A stretch of DNA of 64,000 bases, taken from assembly GCF_007997295.1 (NCBI RefSeq), contig NZ_VORY01000008.1, forward strand, positions 76,596 through 140,595. The letters are read 5' to 3'. Below, one piece after another: positions 60,121 to 64,000 of this stretch. This stretch comes from Gillisia hiemivivida. GTDB taxonomy: Bacteria > Bacteroidota > Bacteroidia > Flavobacteriales > Flavobacteriaceae. Made by a program: the position numbers and the translations under genes. Below the pieces are notes generated by a model. That model saw only the letters and a program-made list of their open reading frames with translations. It was not told the origin of the DNA and ran no database searches. How positions within the stretch are numbered: the stretch's first letter is position 1; every line of letters begins with the position of its first letter.

Positions 60121-61473
60121 GTGTCTATGCAGCTCAAGGATGCTAAAATACTGGTAATAGATGACGATATCGATGTGCTTACCGCACTCCGGTTATTGCT
60201 GAAACCTTTTGTTGCTGAAATTACCGTCGAAAAAAAGCCCGGAAACCTTAGTTCCTTGTTATCCGGAAATAAATATGATGTTATTATTCTGGATATGAAC
60301 TTCAACGGACTGGTAAACACTGGCAATGAAGGGATATTCTGGTTGAATAAGATCAAGGAAACTGCGCCGGAAACCGATGTAATTTTAATCACCGCGTACG
60401 GTGATATAGATCTTGCCATAAGATCATTAAAGGAAGGAGCCTCAGATTTTATTGTTAAACCATGGCAGAATCAGAAAGTGATAGAATCTATTAAGGAAAT
60501 GCTTCAGAATCGTAAAAAGCAAAATTCAAAATCGGTGAAACCAAGTGTAGTAGGAACAAAAATAATCGGAGAAAGCGAAGAACTTCAGCAGGTTTTTTCA
60601 AAAGTAAAAAAAGTAGCGCCTACAGATGCAAATATCCTTATTCTGGGAGAGAACGGCACTGGAAAAGACTTGATCGCCAAAGCCATCCATGAGAATTCTA
60701 ACAGGCAAACGATGCCATTTGTAAAAGTAGATGTAGGAGCACTGACATCAAGTTTATTTGAAAGTGAATTATTCGGATATAAAAAAGGGGCATTTACCGA
60801 TGCAAGGGAAGATAGAAAGGGTAGGTTTGAAGCCGCACAGGGTGGAACTTTATTCCTGGATGAAATTGGAAATATCAGCCTGAGACAGCAGGCCCGGTTG
60901 TTAACGGTTCTTCAAAATAGACATATTACGCCTCTTGGCTCCAATGAAGTGATCCCCATAGATATTCGCCTGATTTGTGCGACTAATCTCGATATTTCGG
61001 AACTATCAGACGAATCAAAATTTAGAAAAGATCTTATTTACAGGATCAATACCGTAGATCTTACAATGCCGCCATTGCGGGATCGGGGAACCGATGTCAC
61101 TCTATTGGCGAAGTATTTTCTAGAAGTTTATTCTAAAAAATATTCCAAAGGTCCGTTTAAATTAGATCCTGCTTTTCTTAAAAAGCTTAAAAGCCATGCT
61201 TTTCCTGGAAATGTGAGGGAATTGCAGTTTGTGATTGAAAGAACAGTAATTATGGCCGATGCTATGTTACTTACGGAGAAAGACCTTTCTTTCTCAGCAC
61301 TTGAAAACAATCATGGTTCAGCAGAAATTGATGATATGCGCCTGGAAACGGTAGAGAAAAACACCATCTTAAAGGTGATAGATAAGAACAAGGGAAACAT
61401 ATCAAAATCGGCAAAAGAACTGGGAATCACAAGGGCAGCCTTATATCGTAGATTGGAGAAATATGATCTTTAA
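60121..61473 (+). CDS. Sigma-54-dependent response regulator (NtrC family: REC + AAA+ sigma-54 activation + Fis-type HTH)
   Basis: The REC domain carries KILVIDDD and IILDMNF. The sigma-54 interaction domain carries GESEELQQVF, ILILGENGTGKDLIAKAIH, GAFTDA and GTLFLDEIG. The C-terminal HTH carries ISKSAKELGITRAALYRRL. Confidence 0.9.
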   Translation: MSMQLKDAKILVIDDDIDVLTALRLLLKPFVAEITVEKKPGNLSSLLSGNKYDVIILDMNFNGLVNTGNEGIFWLNKIKETAPETDVILITAYGDIDLAIRSLKEGASDFIVKPWQNQKVIESIKEMLQNRKKQNSKSVKPSVVGTKIIGESEELQQVFSKVKKVAPTDANILILGENGTGKDLIAKAIHENSNRQTMPFVKVDVGALTSSLFESELFGYKKGAFTDAREDRKGRFEAAQGGTLFLDEIGNISLRQQARLLTVLQNRHITPLGSNEVIPIDIRLICATNLDISELSDESKFRKDLIYRINTVDLTMPPLRDRGTDVTLLAKYFLEVYSKKYSKGPFKLDPAFLKKLKSHAFPGNVRELQFVIERTVIMADAMLLTEKDLSFSALENNHGSAEIDDMRLETVEKNTILKVIDKNKGNISKSAKELGITRAALYRRLEKYDL

Positions 61474-62806
61474 AAGCTACCATAGCGGTGTTTTGATCAG
61501 GATTTTAATGCTGGTACTAGTATTAAGCGGACTGGTATTCAGCATTTTTAAAAGCTATTTTATTGCCGTTGGTGCTTCACTTCTTTTCGTTTCAATCCTG
61601 ATCTATGAATTCTTTCGATTTCTAAGCCGAAGGTTTGAAGTCATAGACGACTTTTTTGAATCGGTTAAATACAAGGATTTTTCCCGACGGTATTTGGCAG
61701 AAAATAAATCGAAAGACATCAGGCGGCTTTACAACGGCTTCAATACGGTTAATGAAGTGGTACGAGAGATAAATTCTGAAAAGGAAACTCAATACCTTTA
61801 CCTTCAGAAGATATTGGAACTAATAGATATTGGGATTTTAGCATACAATATTGAAAGTGGAAAAGTACTCTGGGCAAACGAATCTTTTCAAGATACATTA
61901 GATTTCCCATCCTTTAAAAATATCAGGTTTGTGGCTAGCAGAAATCCGGAAGTTTACCAATTACTCTTTGAAACGGATTATTCAAAACCTACGGCTGTAG
62001 AGATCAAGGTACATAAGGAAAATAGCAAGGTGTTGCTTTCTAACAGTATCTTTAGGATGGAAAATAAAAGCTTCAAACTTATTGTTCTGCATAACATTGA
62101 AGACACCCTAAATAAAACCGAATCTGAGGCCTGGAAAAAATTGTTGAGCGTAATGACTCATGAAATAATGAATTCCATTGCACCAATTTCTTCGCTTGCA
62201 AATACTTTGAAAGTTCAGGTACAAATGCATCAGGATAGCCCTGGTGAAAATCAGCTTGATGTTGAAGATCTTGATGCCGGTCTTTCAAGTATCGAAAAAA
62301 GAAGCGAAGGTTTATTGAAATTTGCCAAAACCTATCGAAGCCTGAATAAAGTCACTAATTTAAACCTAGAACAGGTATTTGTAAAAGATCTTTTCAGCAA
62401 TATCAAACATCTCATGCAGCCACTTATTACTGTGAAAAAGGCTGAGTTGATTTTCCATTTACAGAAGGAAGACTTAGAAGTAGAAATTGATTCATACCTA
62501 ATGGAACAGGTACTTATCAATCTTATGTTAAATGCTGTGGAAGCCTGTGAAAAAGTCACACATGCGAAGATCCGGATTTCAGCAGAAAAAAAACTGGATG
62601 GTAAAATTTTTATAAGAGTTTCAGATAATGGGTCGGGTATTCCTGAGGAAATAAAAGGAGATGTTTTCGTGCCGTTTTTTACTACAAAAAAAGAAGGGAG
62701 TGGGATAGGACTAAGTTTATCGAAACAGATCATGACGCTGCATGGAGGAAAGATTCAGATCTCCGGGAATGAAACCGGGGGAACTACCATCAACTTAATT
62801 TTTTAG
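61463..62806 (+). CDS. Sensor histidine kinase (2 TM + HisKA + HATPase_c)
   Basis: Two TM helices are present. The H-box is LSVMTHEIMNSIAPISSL. N, G1 and G2 boxes are present (LINLMLNAVEA, VSDNGSGIPEE, GSGIGLSLSKQIMTLHGGKI). The start overlaps the regulator stop by 11 bp. Confidence 0.8.
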   Translation: MIFKSYHSGVLIRILMLVLVLSGLVFSIFKSYFIAVGASLLFVSILIYEFFRFLSRRFEVIDDFFESVKYKDFSRRYLAENKSKDIRRLYNGFNTVNEVVREINSEKETQYLYLQKILELIDIGILAYNIESGKVLWANESFQDTLDFPSFKNIRFVASRNPEVYQLLFETDYSKPTAVEIKVHKENSKVLLSNSIFRMENKSFKLIVLHNIEDTLNKTESEAWKKLLSVMTHEIMNSIAPISSLANTLKVQVQMHQDSPGENQLDVEDLDAGLSSIEKRSEGLLKFAKTYRSLNKVTNLNLEQVFVKDLFSNIKHLMQPLITVKKAELIFHLQKEDLEVEIDSYLMEQVLINLMLNAVEACEKVTHAKIRISAEKKLDGKIFIRVSDNGSGIPEEIKGDVFVPFFTTKKEGSGIGLSLSKQIMTLHGGKIQISGNETGGTTINLIF

Positions 62807-63289
62807 GTTAGGTTTCGAAAAAAGGGTTTGCTTTGATTTTGTTTTTCAGTACTGCTTATATTTTTGTAGTATGGCTTGAGATATTTTAAGCTCTTGTTAT
62901 TTAATCCATTGGGACCGCTGCTGAGAAGTTTTTTATATAGTTTTTTTAAAACTGGTGAGTTTACTAAAAAGACTTTTCTGAATAAGCTAAATAAAGCGAA
63001 AAATTTATTTGTATAGTAGAAATAAGAAATTGTATATTTGCCAGCCCTCCTTGAAAACCTAGGTTTACATCGAGATTGTTCTTAATAAAATAGAGTCCGA
63101 AAAGCATCATTTGTATTTAAACATCACTCTTTGAGTATTTACTCATCTTGACACTGTTAAAATATGTTAAAAGGTGCCGAATTCGGTGCCATCGAAATAT
63201 AGGCCTTTGAAGAAGCCTATTAATAAAGAGATTATGCGGTTCGTTCGAGTCTCGTCCAGACCGCAATACCGAAGCATCGGTAGCAAAAA

Positions 63290-63317
63290 AAGAAGCTTCA
63301 AGAAATTGAAGCTTCTT
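63290..63317. terminator. Perfect 12-bp-stem hairpin (AAGAAGCTTCAA-GAAA-TTGAAGCTTCTT) flanked by A-run and T-run; candidate bidirectional terminator or small RNA element
   Basis: The sequence AAAAAAAGAAGCTTCAAGAAATTGAAGCTTCTTTT lies in a 750-bp intergenic region between convergent genes. Confidence 0.4.
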
Positions 63318-63560
63318 TTAGCAAGTATAATGAAGTTGTGTTGTGTGTCTCAAGAAGTTGAGACAACGTGGTTAAGATGCTGTTTTTGCAGCATTTACCA
63401 ATGAGAAGCTTTTTTCCTAACTATTGGAAAAGGGCTTTTTTCTTTTAGAGAGGTTTTATATTCTTTTCATTCCCTCCAAAACTTTCGGGAATGATACAAG
63501 AAAACCCGGCACTGTCTCTACCCAGTACCGGATTTTTTAGTAAACTGCTGGTTATTATAT

Positions 63561-63839
63561 TTATTCTACTGTAAATTCCTGATAAAAATTATCTCCCAAG
63601 TTATGATCTATTTCAGATATTAGAGCATATTTACCCGGAGTCAATACAGCTTGAAAATAAGTCCTTGCACCTTGAGGTACTTCTTGGGTTCCGCCGAGAA
63701 AAGTATAGCCTGCCGGGGCGGGAGTCATTAAACCTTCCATATCTTCTCCAAAATGGAAAAAGTTCATCCATTTCTTCAAGATTTCTTCATTGGCCATGGT
63801 CTCATCTATTATCCTTACAAGATGAACATCTGGTCTCAC
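63561..63839 (-). CDS. Hypothetical small protein (GTG start in track; reading frame open upstream to ~63960)
   Basis: Only the ORF is seen. There is no motif. The N-terminus is uncertain. Confidence 0.3.
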   Translation of the reverse strand: MRPDVHLVRIIDETMANEEILKKWMNFFHFGEDMEGLMTPAPAGYTFLGGTQEVPQGARTYFQAVLTPGKYALISEIDHNLGDNFYQEFTVE

Positions 63840-64000
63840 TCCTTCTGGTTCAGCTATAAAATCAACTGAGAAAGGATCATGACTAATTGTTGTGTTTATG
63901 CAAAAATTGTGGTTAATCTGTAGAGGAAGAATTCTACATTTTTTACTCCTCTGAACTGTGCTCTAAAGGCTTTTATTTTTGCGTTGAATGATTCTGCTGA

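Noticed and set aside
60069-60419. 116-aa minus-strand ORF overlapping the start of the sigma-54 response regulator
   Set aside because: It fully overlaps the REC domain coding sequence of a confidently identified gene on the opposite strand. It is Ser-rich and low complexity.
63174-63404. 76-aa plus-strand ORF in the terminal intergenic region
   Set aside because: It is basic and low-complexity. It spans two hairpins including the perfect palindrome. It has no start context or coding-like composition. It is probably non-coding.
1-64000. I searched for CRISPR arrays, rRNA, tRNA, and IS transposases or integrases
   Set aside because: I found no regularly spaced short repeats. There are no rRNA-like conserved blocks and no cloverleaf-compatible tRNA candidates. 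No DDE transposase or tyrosine/serine recombinase signatures appear in any ORF. The only mobile-element signals are the Xis/replication remnant and the fic 3'-end repeats.

Overview
This is an AT-rich Bacteroidota, probably Flavobacteriaceae, chromosomal segment: it carries a T9SS type-B sorting-domain cargo protein, and many genes show no SD-type RBS. It is mostly accessory DNA. (1) 1-14.4 kb holds a Type I restriction-modification locus in the order hsdM, rhuM, hsdS, an unknown repeat protein, a DUF262 protein, a DUF262-DUF1524 (GmrSD-like) protein, an hsdR 5' remnant, and intact hsdR. hsdR is followed, with tight coupling, by a RecD/Dda-like SF1B helicase and a 92-aa ORF. (2) 14.4-17.7 kb holds the large T9SS-sorted surface protein. 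(3) 17.8-22.8 kb, minus strand, holds a BrxR-like wHTH-WYL regulator with a YqiA-like hydrolase and a small TM protein. Downstream of that regulator sit a membrane protein and a 654-aa protein with an N-terminal PD-(D/E)XK (RecB/Cas4-like, DUF2779-like) nuclease signature. This is a candidate uncharacterised defence module. (4) 23.5-27 kb is a degraded integrative-element remnant (Xis/AlpA HTH, replication-initiator-like protein, DnaC/IstB-like ATPase) with no integrase. (5) Three direct copies of the 3' end of a fic gene lie at 27.06, 28.34 and 38.99 kb. They bracket a ~10.6 kb island encoding an XRE/LexA-like repressor, a YbjN-like protein, a PspA/IM30-NfeD(YqiJ)-flotillin(YqiK) operon and a 1630-aa protein with a C-terminal MoxR/dynein-type AAA+ module. 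This is the most interesting candidate system in the window. (6) 40.3-59.9 kb is a minus-strand efflux supercluster: TolC, ABC ATPase, three double-FtsX (MacB-like) permeases, a DUF4097/GIN-like beta-protein, three more permeases, a second ABC ATPase, and an HlyD adaptor. It lies divergent from a sigma-54 NtrC-type response regulator and a histidine kinase. I saw no rRNA, tRNA, CRISPR array or transposase.
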